From the sequence record DRR723986_14582: a stretch of 20,000 bases of DNA. One strand, written 5' to 3'. How positions within the stretch are numbered: the first letter of the stretch is position 1; every line of letters begins with the position of its first letter. The position numbers and the translations under genes are program-made. This document shows, piece after piece, positions 1 to 9,928 of the stretch. The notes under the pieces were generated by a model. That model made no database searches. It had not been told where the DNA came from and was given only the letters and a program-made list of their open reading frames with translations.

Positions 1-1761
1 ACCCCACTGCATTGGCCAGCCACTGGACGCACCGGCCACGAAAACCTTTCCGAGTAGTGAATTGGAACGAGGCGTTCCCCACAGGACGAGGTGGCTGTCT
101 TGCATGTCCTGACGTGTCACCTCGCTGTCCATCTTGACGCGAACCGTGCCACGGAAGAGCTCTTTCCAACGTCGAGCAAGATTCTCGGACTCACATTTTG
201 CCCAACGGTCCACCGCCGAATCGCCCATCTGGCTCGGCAGTACCACCAAGAAACGCTCAAAGAAAGCATCGTCGATTGGTCCACTCAAGCCGGGGCGCTT
301 CCGTAGCTCTTCGAACGCATCCACCTGCTCCCATCTGCCCCGTCCGCCCGCCAGGTTCTGAAACTTAAGCAGTCCGGGTGTTTGGGCGCTAACATCATAA
401 GTCTGTGACCCAAGCGTTATTCTGGCAACACCGTTGCCTCCTTCTTCCCTACGCAGATCGAGCTCCAGCCGGCTGACGTTTTGCGTTTCGATGTTCCACG
501 AGGCTTCTCCAATGCGCTTCGCACGAACAACTGCGTCGGTGTACTGTTCTTGCATTCCGTCAATCGTAATCCACTGGCGACTTCCATAGCGAAGATGCCG
601 AGTCTGCAGCAGCAACTCATCGCTCTGCGTTCGCCCTTTTGCGATGTAATCGGCAATCTTTCCATTGAGTTCTGCTAGCGTATCGGGATGGTATTTGTGC
701 CCCATACCCGGTCCAATCAAGTGCGGTAGCGTCCGACCATGCTTCGCGAACGCAGCTTCCATCACTCGAGCGGCTTGAATCTGTTTGTCATTCTCTCCGC
801 TGTAGGCAATGACAGGAATATTGAACAAGTTCAGAGTGTAACCGGGGACATCGTAAATCCCCCACAAAAGCTGCTCATACTCGGGCGGGTATTTCTCGGG
901 AGTCAGTCTGTTGTACTGGGCCGTTTCGGCGAAGCCGGCTCCAGGGCTGGCGGCGATAAAGCGATCTGTGTAGTGTGCGGCCAAGTGCCAGACTCCGGCT
1001 CCTCCCATTGAAAAGCCCATTAGAACGATACGATCGGTGTCGACGGGATATTTCTGGCAAACAAAATCAATCGCTTCCATCACATCAGTTTCACCGGCCG
1101 ATTTGTAGCCAACACACTGTCGGCCAAATGGGTGCAAAATGATGGCATCGTCTGTTGAGGCCGACGAGCCCGAATCGAGGCGCTGATTCAGGAAATGCAA
1201 GTCGGTGACTTTGTCACCGCGACCGTGCAGCCACACAATCAGCGGCAGTTTCTTGCCATCCTTGTTCCACCCTGACGGCAACTCAAGGCCGATAGGCTGA
1301 GGAGAATCGTCAATCTTCGACTTGAAACCTCGGATGACACGCCCGGATTCTTTCTCCCAAGGAGTCAAGCGATTGGCGATCTTCTCGGCGCGTTGCTCGG
1401 CAATTGTAAGCAGGCGATCAACTTTGCCAGCGTCTTTCTTCGAATAGAACTCTTGGTGCAGAATCGCAAAACGAATTGCTTTTACAATCACGGAGATATC
1501 GCTGACCAGTGGATGCTTTGCGTGTTCCGTGCAAACCTTATCCAGGTTCCCAAGGCGGGGCTGCCACTGAGCAAGCTCTTGCTCCGAAGCAGGTCGGCCT
1601 GCTGGCGGAATCCGCCTCGCAATGACCTCACACTCGGTAGCACCCTGAGCTCGGCAATGATCTGGGGCGGTTAGTAGTAACGAGACGAGCAGAAGCCACA
1701 AAGGTTTGTAGATTCTTCTGAGCAAGTATCGATGCTGTAGATTCGCGCTGGGGCAACTCAT
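1..1761 (-). CDS. Secreted alpha/beta-hydrolase (prolyl oligopeptidase S9 / esterase-like), 3' end truncated by the window edge
   Basis: Hand-translated from ATG 1761: MSCPSANLQHRYLLRRIYKPLWLLLVSLLLTAPDHCRAQ (signal-peptide-like), PLIVWLHGRG, VDTDRIVLMGFSMGGAG (nucleophile elbow at about 1003-1017), YSGENDKQ (Asp), GPGMGHKY (His). The same frame reads HLVLWGTPRSNSLL near base 1. It is absent from the ORF track because there is no stop codon in the window. Confidence 0.85.
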   Translation of the reverse strand, partial: MSCPSANLQHRYLLRRIYKPLWLLLVSLLLTAPDHCRAQGATECEVIARRIPPAGRPASEQELAQWQPRLGNLDKVCTEHAKHPLVSDISVIVKAIRFAILHQEFYSKKDAGKVDRLLTIAEQRAEKIANRLTPWEKESGRVIRGFKSKIDDSPQPIGLELPSGWNKDGKKLPLIVWLHGRGDKVTDLHFLNQRLDSGSSASTDDAIILHPFGRQCVGYKSAGETDVMEAIDFVCQKYPVDTDRIVLMGFSMGGAGVWHLAAHYTDRFIAASPGAGFAETAQYNRLTPEKYPPEYEQLLWGIYDVPGYTLNLFNIPVIAYSGENDKQIQAARVMEAAFAKHGRTLPHLIGPGMGHKYHPDTLAELNGKIADYIAKGRTQSDELLLQTRHLRYGSRQWITIDGMQEQYTDAVVRAKRIGEASWNIETQNVSRLELDLRREEGGNGVARITLGSQTYDVSAQTPGLLKFQNLAGGRGRWEQVDAFEELRKRPGLSGPIDDAFFERFLVVLPSQMGDSAVDRWAKCESENLARRWKELFRGTVRVKMDSEVTRQDMQDSHLVLWGTPRSNSLLGKVFVAGASSGWPMQWG

Positions 1762-1989
1762 TTTGCGTCCGCCTGTTTGGTGAAAGTGGTTTACGTTCTT
1801 GCGGGAAACTGCATACTAGGCTGCTCGAAGTCAGCGGCTAGCCTGACGTTTGTCGGCTCTGGAGCTTCTGCTTCGAACGGTATCGATTCAGATCTAGCAT
1901 CATAGCTGCGTCGACTTTTGCCTGCCAGCAGCATCCTACCTGGGTAGCTGGTTCACACCCCTGCCCTACTTCCATCGCTTTGACCTGCC

Positions 1990-3027
1990 ATGCCCATCAT
2001 CGATTACCGCCCCAGGCGATTCCTTTCCAGTGGGCATATCCAAACCATCTTGGTTGGCTTTTCTTGCGGGTGGAGACCGCCCTACGACGCGACAAAGAGG
2101 CTGATCAAAGTCGCGGGCGACGAACACATCGTTGTACACGAGGAGAACGGTGCAAAGATCCCGGCGGACGCGCCTCTTACTATTCTCTTACACGGACTTG
2201 GCGGCGATCACTCCAGCCCGTACCTACAGCGTCTTGCACACCGGCTGCGTGCGGCTGGACAACATGTGTGGCGAATCGACATGCGAGGTTGTGGGGCTGG
2301 TTTTGAACACGCCTGGCGTCCTCCCAATGCAGCTCGCAGCGATGATTTAGCCGCAGTGGTTGCAGCAGCTTGTAAACAGTTCCCGGGCAGCCCCATCAAC
2401 TTGGCATGTTTTTCATTGGGAGGCAATATTCTCCTGAAGATGCTGGGCGAATTGGGAGGCGGCAGCTACTCAGCCGTTAACGCTCATCAGCTATCGCGCC
2501 TGATTGCAATCGCCCCTCCGATCGATCTTGCCCGCTGCTCTGACAAGATGAACACACTCACGGGAAAGATCTACACACATTACTATCTAAAGAACCTGAC
2601 TCGACAGGTCGAAGTGCGCAGGCAGCGTTGGACGCAGTGGAACGACATCCCACTCAATCCGCCACCCAAGACGATCCGGCAGTTCGATGCAAGGTACACA
2701 GTCCCGCTCAGCGGGTTCGCTAGCACAGATGACTACTATTCACGAGGCTCCTCGCTTGGCTTGATTCGCGAAATAAAGCAGCCCGTCCTCTGCTTAGTGG
2801 ACTTGAACGATCCCGTTGTGGCGAAAGAGAGCTTCTTCGAACCGGCAGCAAGCAATCCAGCCGTCCACTACCACTTCACTCGCAAGGGCGGTCACATGGG
2901 ATATTGGGCTCGAGACGAAGTTGGGAACCCCATTCGTTGGATGGAGCACTTCGTCCAGCACCATCTCACTCGCGATCCAAGCTGTACCGGCGGTATGCAG
3001 TGGCTGCGATCCGTTGAGGCTCAGTAA
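1990..3027 (+). CDS. YheT/ABHD-like alpha/beta-fold hydrolase
   Basis: SGHIQTI N-terminus, LLHGLGG, DMRGCG, nucleophile motif CFSLGGN, FD..YT.P..GF....YY, DPVV (Asp), GGHMG (His), all typical of the YheT family. Confidence 0.85.
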   Translation: MPIIDYRPRRFLSSGHIQTILVGFSCGWRPPYDATKRLIKVAGDEHIVVHEENGAKIPADAPLTILLHGLGGDHSSPYLQRLAHRLRAAGQHVWRIDMRGCGAGFEHAWRPPNAARSDDLAAVVAAACKQFPGSPINLACFSLGGNILLKMLGELGGGSYSAVNAHQLSRLIAIAPPIDLARCSDKMNTLTGKIYTHYYLKNLTRQVEVRRQRWTQWNDIPLNPPPKTIRQFDARYTVPLSGFASTDDYYSRGSSLGLIREIKQPVLCLVDLNDPVVAKESFFEPAASNPAVHYHFTRKGGHMGYWARDEVGNPIRWMEHFVQHHLTRDPSCTGGMQWLRSVEAQ

Positions 3028-3313
3028 GCAGGATTCGCCCGAGCTGCGTGGTTGCGAGCAGTCTGGCGACCTCCAGTTTATTGCTAGCAATTGCCCATCG
3101 AGTAGTGCTAGCGTAACGATTGCTCTTGGTGGTAATTACGTATCAGGACTAGGATGATGCGCGATCTTGTCATCAACCTCGGCCCAGCCTGCGTCCCCAC
3201 AGTCTGCGGCGTCGAATACAAGTGGTTGTGACGGGCAGTGGCCACAAGATAAGTGGCTACAACAAACAGGACACCTGCGGCGACTCCCAGACTATGTCGC
3301 CACATTCGATTTC

Positions 3314-3328
3314 GGTTCAGGAGGAACC
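3314..3328 (+). promoter_or_regulatory. Shine-Dalgarno inside a hairpin loop (GGTTC-AGGAG-GAACC); candidate CsrA-type site
   Basis: Perfect 5-bp stem with an AGGAG loop, 5 nt before ATG 3334. Confidence 0.45.
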
Positions 3329-3333
3329 CAAAC

Positions 3334-5121
3334 ATGTCTCGCTCCCACCAAGCTTTGCGGGCGATCGCAATGCTCGCAGCAATTGCCATCACCGTCCCAC
3401 CTTCCTTTGCGCAGACTGAGGGGAAAAAACGCCCCTCACTAGAAGACTTGCCGAACGTTGTGGCCGTCGTGAACGGTAGCACTATATCCCGCGACAAACT
3501 TGCCAAAGACTGCATCCGCCGGTTTGGCAGCGTTGTTTTGGACAACCTCCTGAACAAGCAGCTTATTCTTCAAGCTTGTGCGGCCAAAGGCATCGTGATC
3601 ACACAACAGAACGTGAACGATGAAATTGAGCAAACGGCAACCAAGTTCGGCATCTCGACCAAGATGTTCTTGGAAAACCTCGAGTCCGAACGCGACATTA
3701 CACCCGAGCAATACGCTAGCGAGATTGTCTGGCCGATGCTGGCACTTCGCTCTCTGGCCGCCCACCAAATTAACGTCTCTGACGAAGAGATCGAGAAGGT
3801 TCTGCAGAGCGAGTATGGCGAGAAGATCAAAGTTCGCATGATCGCCAGTAAGACAGCAGAGCAAGCGAACGCCCTACACGCGCAGGTCGTCGCCGCCCCA
3901 GAAACCTTCGAGCGTGTCGCCACCGAAAAGAGTGCCGAAGCTGTCAGCGCGAGCGTTGGCGGCATGTTGCCTCCGATTCGTCGCTATGGCGGAGACGACA
4001 TGCTTGAAAAGATCGCTTTCCAACTACAAGCAGATCAGATCTCCCCGGTTTTTCAAGTTGGAGAGTTGCACATTTTCTTGCAGTGTATCGCTCGCATGCC
4101 GGCTTCAATGCCGCAACCCCAGATTCTGCCTGCTGTTCGACAGCGAATCAGCGACGCACTACGAGATAAGCGACTTGGCGAAGCGGCAAATGACATTTTT
4201 GCTAACCTGCAAAAGGCGTCTAAGGTGACGACCGTTTACGGCAACCCAGAACTTGAGAAGCAGTATCCGGGCGTTGCCGGTTTCATTAACAACGACGGGA
4301 TCTCGATCGACCAACTGGCTTATGAGTGCATTCAGCGCCACGGGCGACAGATCCTACGCGGTGAGATCGATCGCCTGCTGCTCAAACAACACCTAGATGC
4401 TTCAAAGAAGGTTCTCATCGAAGCCGACATGGAGGCTCGAATCGCTCGCGATGCCGATGAAGCGGGCTACCTGCTTCCCGACGGTTCTCCCGACATTTCC
4501 GCTTGGCTAAAGAGCGTCATCGAAGAAGATGGTGTCTCCATCGAACTGTACCGCGAGGACTCGGTTTGGCCGCGCGTGGTACAAGCGAAGCTCGTGGAGG
4601 ATGAAGTGGAGGTAACCCAAGAGGACCTGCAAAAGGGCTTTGAGTCGAATTTCGGGCCAAGAGCTGAGATCCTTGCGATCGTGCTCAGCAATCAGCGAAC
4701 TGCAGAAAGTGTGTTCGCCGAAGCTCGCAAAGGCCTTACAGAGAAACACTTCGGTGAACTAGCAGCTCGATACTCGGTTGAGCCGGTTTCGAGGAGCAAT
4801 TTTGGTAAGATTCCTGCGATGCGACGTCACAGCGGCAGGCCAACGCTTGAGCAAGCAGCCTTTGCCTTGCAGGCCGGCGAGATGTCCGGAATTATCGCTT
4901 GGGGTGACCAGTATGCAATTCTGTACAAGCAGGGCGAGACGACGCCCATCGTCAAAGATTTTGCAGTCGTTGAACCGGAGCTGCGACGTGAGATCTACGA
5001 AAAGAAACTCCGCATTGCAATGGGCAAGCGGGCTGACGAAATTCGCCGATCTGCGAAAATCGAAAACTATCTGACCGGCAGCATTCAAACGGCCCAATCC
5101 ACGGATAAGGCCCTGCGATAG
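3334..5121 (+). CDS. Exported PrsA/SurA-like foldase with two tandem chaperone + parvulin (PpiC) units
   Basis: Start moved to ATG 3334 (AGGAGG RBS; signal peptide ending SFA-Q). VVAVVNG.TIS, F..vA...S....S...GG.L and LE..AF.LQ..qIS parvulin motifs each occur twice. Confidence 0.85.
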   Translation: MSRSHQALRAIAMLAAIAITVPPSFAQTEGKKRPSLEDLPNVVAVVNGSTISRDKLAKDCIRRFGSVVLDNLLNKQLILQACAAKGIVITQQNVNDEIEQTATKFGISTKMFLENLESERDITPEQYASEIVWPMLALRSLAAHQINVSDEEIEKVLQSEYGEKIKVRMIASKTAEQANALHAQVVAAPETFERVATEKSAEAVSASVGGMLPPIRRYGGDDMLEKIAFQLQADQISPVFQVGELHIFLQCIARMPASMPQPQILPAVRQRISDALRDKRLGEAANDIFANLQKASKVTTVYGNPELEKQYPGVAGFINNDGISIDQLAYECIQRHGRQILRGEIDRLLLKQHLDASKKVLIEADMEARIARDADEAGYLLPDGSPDISAWLKSVIEEDGVSIELYREDSVWPRVVQAKLVEDEVEVTQEDLQKGFESNFGPRAEILAIVLSNQRTAESVFAEARKGLTEKHFGELAARYSVEPVSRSNFGKIPAMRRHSGRPTLEQAAFALQAGEMSGIIAWGDQYAILYKQGETTPIVKDFAVVEPELRREIYEKKLRIAMGKRADEIRRSAKIENYLTGSIQTAQSTDKALR

Positions 5122-5144
5122 TCGAGTTTGCCCTACAATCAAAT

Positions 5145-5177
5145 AGCCCGCACGAGTGACCTCGCGCGGGCTTTTTT
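5145..5177 (+). terminator. Intrinsic terminator after the foldase gene
   Basis: AGCCCGCACGAG-TGAC-CTCGCGCGGGCT stem (one mismatch) followed by a T run. Confidence 0.7.
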
Positions 5178-5200
5178 CATTTATGCCAGAGGAATCACCG

Positions 5201-5722
5201 ATGAAAGCTGATGAGCTCCGATCGCTTCAAGCTCCGCTGAAAGAAAAGTACCGCCAAGATCCTGAGTCTGCCAAGATCGAAATGCATGCGGACGGCGAGA
5301 TTGACGTATCGTCGGTCGCCTGTAGCGTGCAACCTGCCGACGGTCGCACTGCATCGGGAGCACGCGCGGGCCTCCATCCGGCCGCTGGAGGCGATGGTTC
5401 ATTTATCTGTTCCGGGGACATGCTCCTCGAGGCCCTTGTGGCGTGCAGCGGTGTGACATTTGCAGCCGTGGCCACGGCCATGGAAATCCCGATTGAATCG
5501 GCAGCGATTCGCGCCACCGGTACGGCAGATTTTCGCGGCACGTTGGGAATTGCCAAGGATGTCCCGGTTGGTTTCGAGTCCGTACAAGTGATGTTCACGG
5601 TAGCCAGCACGGCCGACGACGCGACCATCGACAAACTTGTCTCCCTCTCTCACCGCTACTGCGTTGTCGGCAAAAGCCTTTCCGACACGATCGCCCTACG
5701 GTTCGGTTGGAAGAAGGGCTAG
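5201..5722 (+). CDS. OsmC/Ohr-family protein
   Basis: Start at ATG 5201 (GAGGA RBS): MKADELRSLQAPLKEKY, HPAAGGDG..CSGDMLLEALVAC, DFRGTLG, YCVV. This is the two-cysteine OsmC-like pattern. Confidence 0.85.
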   Translation: MKADELRSLQAPLKEKYRQDPESAKIEMHADGEIDVSSVACSVQPADGRTASGARAGLHPAAGGDGSFICSGDMLLEALVACSGVTFAAVATAMEIPIESAAIRATGTADFRGTLGIAKDVPVGFESVQVMFTVASTADDATIDKLVSLSHRYCVVGKSLSDTIALRFGWKKG

Positions 5723-5970
5723 TCGCACAGCTAAGCCATTTTGCTACCGCTTGGGGCTCAAGTGGCCTGAGTCACGACCTTTGAAGTGCAATCAATCGAG
5801 CCAGAGCCCTTGAAATGGTAAAAATTTCTTACAAATGAACTCTCGGGCCCTGTTTGGGGTCATGCCTGCTAGTCAGCACTGGCGATCGGTAGAAAATGGA
5901 GTCGGTATCATCCAGGATGGTCAGCCGAGTGCATGCCAGCCCTTTTTGTCGTTCAAGAGCAGTAAATCTC

Positions 5971-7221
5971 ATGTCGGAACCACACGCAGAGCCACCATTT
6001 GAAGTCAATTTCGCTTCACGTGTGCATCGATTGCCGCCGTACATGTTCGGGCGGATCAACAACACGCTTTACCAGAAACGCCGAGCCGGACATGACGTGA
6101 TCGACTTGGGAATGGGCAATCCCTCGGATCCGCCTGAGCGTATCGTCATGGAAAAAATGGTCGAAGCGACCTACGACGAGCGGAACCACGGTTACAGCAA
6201 ATCCAATGGACTTCTCAACCTGCGGCGTGAACTGACTAGCAAGTACTTTCGCAAGTACGGCGTGCGGCTGGATCCTGAATCCGAAGCAATCGTCTGCCTC
6301 GGAAGCAAAGAAGGCTTCAGTCACATGTGCCTGGCTCTCATGGGGCCAGGCGACACAGCCATGATTCCAGCTCCCTATTTTCCGGTACACATGTATGGCG
6401 TGATTTTAGCCGCCGGAAATGTTGTAGCTTTAGAAGTGGCCGACAGTGATAAGTTTCTGTCGAACATTGCCTATACCTGTCAGCACTTCTACCCGAAACC
6501 CAAGCTGCTCATCATCAACTACCCACACAATCCATCGACCGTCACCGTCGAGCAGGATTTCTTTACCGAGATCGTGAAACTTGCCAAACGGTACAATTTC
6601 ATGGTCATCAGCGACTTTGCCTACTCGGATGTGTCATTCGACGGCTACGTGCCGCCAAGCTTCTTGGCTTCCCCCGGTGCAGTTGATGTTGGGGTTGAGT
6701 TTACGACCATGAGCAAGGGGTACAACATGGCCGGTTGGCGTGTTGGCTACTGTGCGGGCAATCGCGAAATGGTCAAAGGCCTGGCGACCATCAAAGGCTA
6801 TTACGATTACGGTATGTTTCAAGCAGTTCAGATCGCGGCCATCGTGGCCCTCCGTGATACGGAGGCTGCGGTTGAAAAGCAGTCTGAAATCTACAAGGTG
6901 CGGCGCGACGCCTTGATCGAGGGTCTTACCCGTCTGGGATGGGAGGCCGAAGTCCCCAAGGCTGGAATGTTTGTTTGGGCGAAGGTCCCCGACAAGTGGC
7001 TGGCCCGAATGAACACGCTCGATTTCGCAATGATGTTGCTCGAAGAAGGCGACGTTGCGGTCAGTCCTGGAACGGGATTCGGACCTGCTGGCGAAGGCTA
7101 TCTGCGTATGGCTCTGGTCGAAAACGAAAGTCGACTACGACAAGCGGTCCGTCAAATCGGTCGCTGCCTGGAGCGTTGCGAAGAAAAATACGCTGGCGAG
7201 CCAGCCGAATCTTCTACGTAG
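5971..7221 (+). CDS. alaC: PLP-dependent class I/II aminotransferase, AlaC (YfdZ)-like
   Basis: [49 protein letters not shown] (PLP lysine) and [14 protein letters not shown] closely resemble AlaC. LL-DAP aminotransferase activity cannot be excluded. The start is uncertain (5896 or 5971). Confidence 0.75.
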   Translation: MSEPHAEPPFEVNFASRVHRLPPYMFGRINNTLYQKRRAGHDVIDLGMGNPSDPPERIVMEKMVEATYDERNHGYSKSNGLLNLRRELTSKYFRKYGVRLDPESEAIVCLGSKEGFSHMCLALMGPGDTAMIPAPYFPVHMYGVILAAGNVVALEVADSDKFLSNIAYTCQHFYPKPKLLIINYPHNPSTVTVEQDFFTEIVKLAKRYNFMVISDFAYSDVSFDGYVPPSFLASPGAVDVGVEFTTMSKGYNMAGWRVGYCAGNREMVKGLATIKGYYDYGMFQAVQIAAIVALRDTEAAVEKQSEIYKVRRDALIEGLTRLGWEAEVPKAGMFVWAKVPDKWLARMNTLDFAMMLLEEGDVAVSPGTGFGPAGEGYLRMALVENESRLRQAVRQIGRCLERCEEKYAGEPAESST

Positions 7222-7473
7222 CATTTTGATGTAAACGCAGACTGAGGCAGCACTTGCGGAGTTCGAAGTCGTGCTTAGGTGCGGATTCCGAAGACTGGCT
7301 GGCTCTTTTCTGATATTTTCCTTTGGCCGCGGGAATAATGCTGCCTTAAAGATGTTCTCTATTTGCGTACGGAGCCCGAGTACTCCTGGAAGCCCAGCAC
7401 AACCTGCTGATTCCTCGACGGATCGCTCCCGTTGTGCCTGAGAAATAGAATTCTGTTTTGGAGAACACTGAAG

Positions 7474-7647
7474 ATGTTGCGAAAATTTGTTGCCCTTTGC
7501 TTTGCGTGCATGCTGACCGTTTCTGTCATTGGTTGCGCTGGAACTGAAACCGAAACTGATGGCGGTGACACCGCTACGACCGCGACAGATGGTGCTGAAG
7601 GCGGTGAAGAAGCTGCTGATGGTGAAGAAGACGGCGAAGAAGGCTAA
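7474..7647 (+). CDS. Small (57 aa) highly acidic lipoprotein
   Basis: GGAG RBS at 7460-7463. MLRKFVALCFACMLTVSVIG-C signal/lipobox, then an E/D/G/T/A-only tail. Followed by its own terminator. Confidence 0.75.
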   Translation: MLRKFVALCFACMLTVSVIGCAGTETETDGGDTATTATDGAEGGEEAADGEEDGEEG

Positions 7648-7708
7648 GCCTTTTTTCAGCCAATCGATCCAGCCGAATTGACGCAGGATCGAATTGCCCA
7701 ATCAAATG

Positions 7709-7749
7709 AATCGGCTTCTGACGTCTTGCGTTGGGAGCCGATTTTTTTT
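7709..7749 (+). terminator. Intrinsic terminator between the small lipoprotein gene and convergent fcl
   Basis: AATCGGCTTCTGACG-TCTTG-CGTTGGGAGCCGATT is a 15-bp stem whose three non-Watson-Crick pairs are G-U on the + strand, followed by T8. Confidence 0.8.
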
Positions 7750-7836
7750 GCAATCGACCAAGACTCAGACGCAGCACTCCGTTCACCGCGCTCAGTTCAA
7801 CGCTGCCGTACCGTGACAGTGGTCAGCCGTTTCCGT

Positions 7837-8790
7837 TTAGAGACGCGATTCGGTTTCACCTGCAATTGAGGCAAGGAATGCTTGATAGGTTTTCGAGATA
7901 CCCTCTTCCAAGGTGGTGGAAGCGGTCCAACCAAGCGAGGATAGCAGCGAGCTGTCCGTCAACTTACGGGGCGTACCATCGGGCTTTGAAGGATCAGTCA
8001 AAATCTGGCCTTCAAATCCAACCTGTTGTGCAATCAACCGAGCAAGTTCAATAATCTCGACGTCTGCACCAAAGCCGACATTCACCCAACTTGGCGGTTC
8101 ATCAATTTGCAGCAGATGCACCAACGCGTCCGCGAGATCGTCGACGTAAAGGAATTCTCGCCGCGGGCTTCCACTTCCCCAAATCGTAACCTCAGACGCT
8201 CCCGATTCCTTTGCTTCATGAAAACGTCGCAACAACGCCGGGAGCACGTGACTGCTCTCAGGATGATAATTATCGCCTGGCCCATACAGATTCGTTGGCA
8301 TGGCGGAATGGAACACAGCTCCATATTGCCGGCGGTAGTACTCGCAAAGTTTCAAACCACATATTTTGGCCAACGCGTAGGCTTCGTTGGTCGGCTCCAG
8401 GGGGCTGGCTAGGAGCTCCGATTCACCGATTGGTTGATTCGCCATCCGCGGATAGATACAGCTACTGCCCAGGAACAGGAAGCGTTTGACTCCCGTCTTG
8501 TAGGCAGCCGTTATGGTCGCCAACTGAGCACGAAGATTCTCCGTCATGAATTCGACGGGATAAGTATTGTTGGCGTGAATTCCTCCAACCCGCGCAGCGG
8601 CAAAGATGACAGCTTCTGGCTTTTGCTCTTCAAAGAAGGCAAGCACCGCGCGATCATCTTCAAGATCAAGTTGGCTCCGGGTGCGGGTGATGATCCGCAC
8701 GCCGCTCTCTTGCTGCATGCGTCGGCACACCGCCGAGCCAACCATCCCGCGATGCCCAGCAACGAAGAGGGATTGGTAGGGAAAACCCAT
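7837..8790 (-). CDS. fcl: GDP-L-fucose synthase
   Basis: [76 protein letters not shown]. Confidence 0.95.
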   Translation of the reverse strand: MGFPYQSLFVAGHRGMVGSAVCRRMQQESGVRIITRTRSQLDLEDDRAVLAFFEEQKPEAVIFAAARVGGIHANNTYPVEFMTENLRAQLATITAAYKTGVKRFLFLGSSCIYPRMANQPIGESELLASPLEPTNEAYALAKICGLKLCEYYRRQYGAVFHSAMPTNLYGPGDNYHPESSHVLPALLRRFHEAKESGASEVTIWGSGSPRREFLYVDDLADALVHLLQIDEPPSWVNVGFGADVEIIELARLIAQQVGFEGQILTDPSKPDGTPRKLTDSSLLSSLGWTASTTLEEGISKTYQAFLASIAGETESRL

Positions 8791-8793
8791 TTA

Positions 8794-9912
8794 TTATTCT
8801 CTCGCGACAGAAATGTCGTGACCATGCGAACGCAGCAAGGCGTGTCGCCGAGCGTTTTCCAAGTCAACTTCTACCATCTCACGGCACATTTCTTCGACAG
8901 TGATTTCTGGAACCCAGCCAAGCTTCTCCTTGGCCATTGTCGGGTCGCCAAGCAACGTTTCCACTTCGGCAGGACGGAAGTACCGCGGATCGACTTTGAC
9001 GATCGTATCCCCTTCCTTCACTCCAGGTGCCAGCTCTGCGTCGGTCACCTTGCTAACGACTCCAACTTCAGCTTCATCTTCGCCGCTAAACTCGACTTCC
9101 ATTCCGGCATGCTTGGCACTCATGCGAACGAACTCGCGCACCGACTCCTGTCGCCCAGTAGCAATAACGAAGTCTTCCGGTGCATCCTGCTGTAGCATCA
9201 TCCACTGCATGCGTACATAATCTTTGGCATGGCCCCAATCACGCAGGGCGTTCATATTGCCAAGGTACAAGCATTCTTCCAACCCTTGCGCGATATTGGC
9301 CAACCCTCGGGTGATCTTCCGAGTTACGAACGTTTCACCGCGACGTGGCGATTCGTGATTGAACAAGATGCCATTGCAGGCGTACATGCCGTACGATTCA
9401 CGGTAATTGACTGTGATCCAGTAGGCGTACATCTTTGCGACCGCATACGGTGATCGCGGATAAAAAGGCGTGGTTTCCTTCTGTGGAATCTCTTGGACAA
9501 GTCCGAACAATTCCGACGTCGAAGCTTGGTAGAACCGTGTGTATTCTTCCAGCCCGAGGAAACGAATGGCTTCCAATAACCGGAGAGCTCCGATCGCGTC
9601 GACGTCTGCCGTGTATTCGGGCGCTTCAAAAGAAACCGCCACGTGCGATTGAGCGCCAAGGTTGTAGATCTCGTTAGGCTCGACCTCACGAATGATCCGG
9701 GTCAGGTTTGACGAGTCGGTCAAATCGCCGTAGTGCAGACGGAAACGTGCATTCTCATCTTGAAGTGTTTGGTAGATGTGATCAACGCGTTCGGTGTTGA
9801 AGAGCGAACTCCGCCGTTTGATCCCGTGAACCTCGTAACCCTTCTCCAGCAAGAACTCTGCCAAATACGATCCATCCTGCCCCGTAACACCGGTGATCAG
9901 TGCCTTCTTCAT
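8794..9912 (-). CDS. gmd: GDP-mannose 4,6-dehydratase
   Basis: Start at ATG 9912: [71 protein letters not shown] double TAA stop directly abuts the fcl ATG. Confidence 0.97.
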   Translation of the reverse strand: MKKALITGVTGQDGSYLAEFLLEKGYEVHGIKRRSSLFNTERVDHIYQTLQDENARFRLHYGDLTDSSNLTRIIREVEPNEIYNLGAQSHVAVSFEAPEYTADVDAIGALRLLEAIRFLGLEEYTRFYQASTSELFGLVQEIPQKETTPFYPRSPYAVAKMYAYWITVNYRESYGMYACNGILFNHESPRRGETFVTRKITRGLANIAQGLEECLYLGNMNALRDWGHAKDYVRMQWMMLQQDAPEDFVIATGRQESVREFVRMSAKHAGMEVEFSGEDEAEVGVVSKVTDAELAPGVKEGDTIVKVDPRYFRPAEVETLLGDPTMAKEKLGWVPEITVEEMCREMVEVDLENARRHALLRSHGHDISVARE

Positions 9913-9914
9913 CC

Positions 9915-9928
9915 GGTATCTCCATACC
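9915..9928 (-). promoter_or_regulatory. gmd Shine-Dalgarno inside a hairpin loop (GGTAT-GGAG-ATACC)
   Basis: Perfect 5-bp stem with a GGAG loop, 2 nt from the ATG. Confidence 0.45.

Noticed and set aside
91-1674. Short ORF-track entries in 91-1674
   Set aside because: They are antisense or off-frame shadows of the long minus-strand hydrolase.
3253-3333. Upstream GTG start of the foldase
   Set aside because: ATG 3334 has an AGGAGG RBS and begins a clean signal peptide.
7135-7701. 188-aa minus-strand ORF with a hydrophobic stretch
   Set aside because: It is the antisense reading of the GAA-rich lipoprotein gene, overlaps alaC and crosses + strand signals.
8434-9195. 253-aa plus-strand ORF
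   Set aside because: Fully antisense to the conserved fcl/gmd genes, with no recognisable motif.
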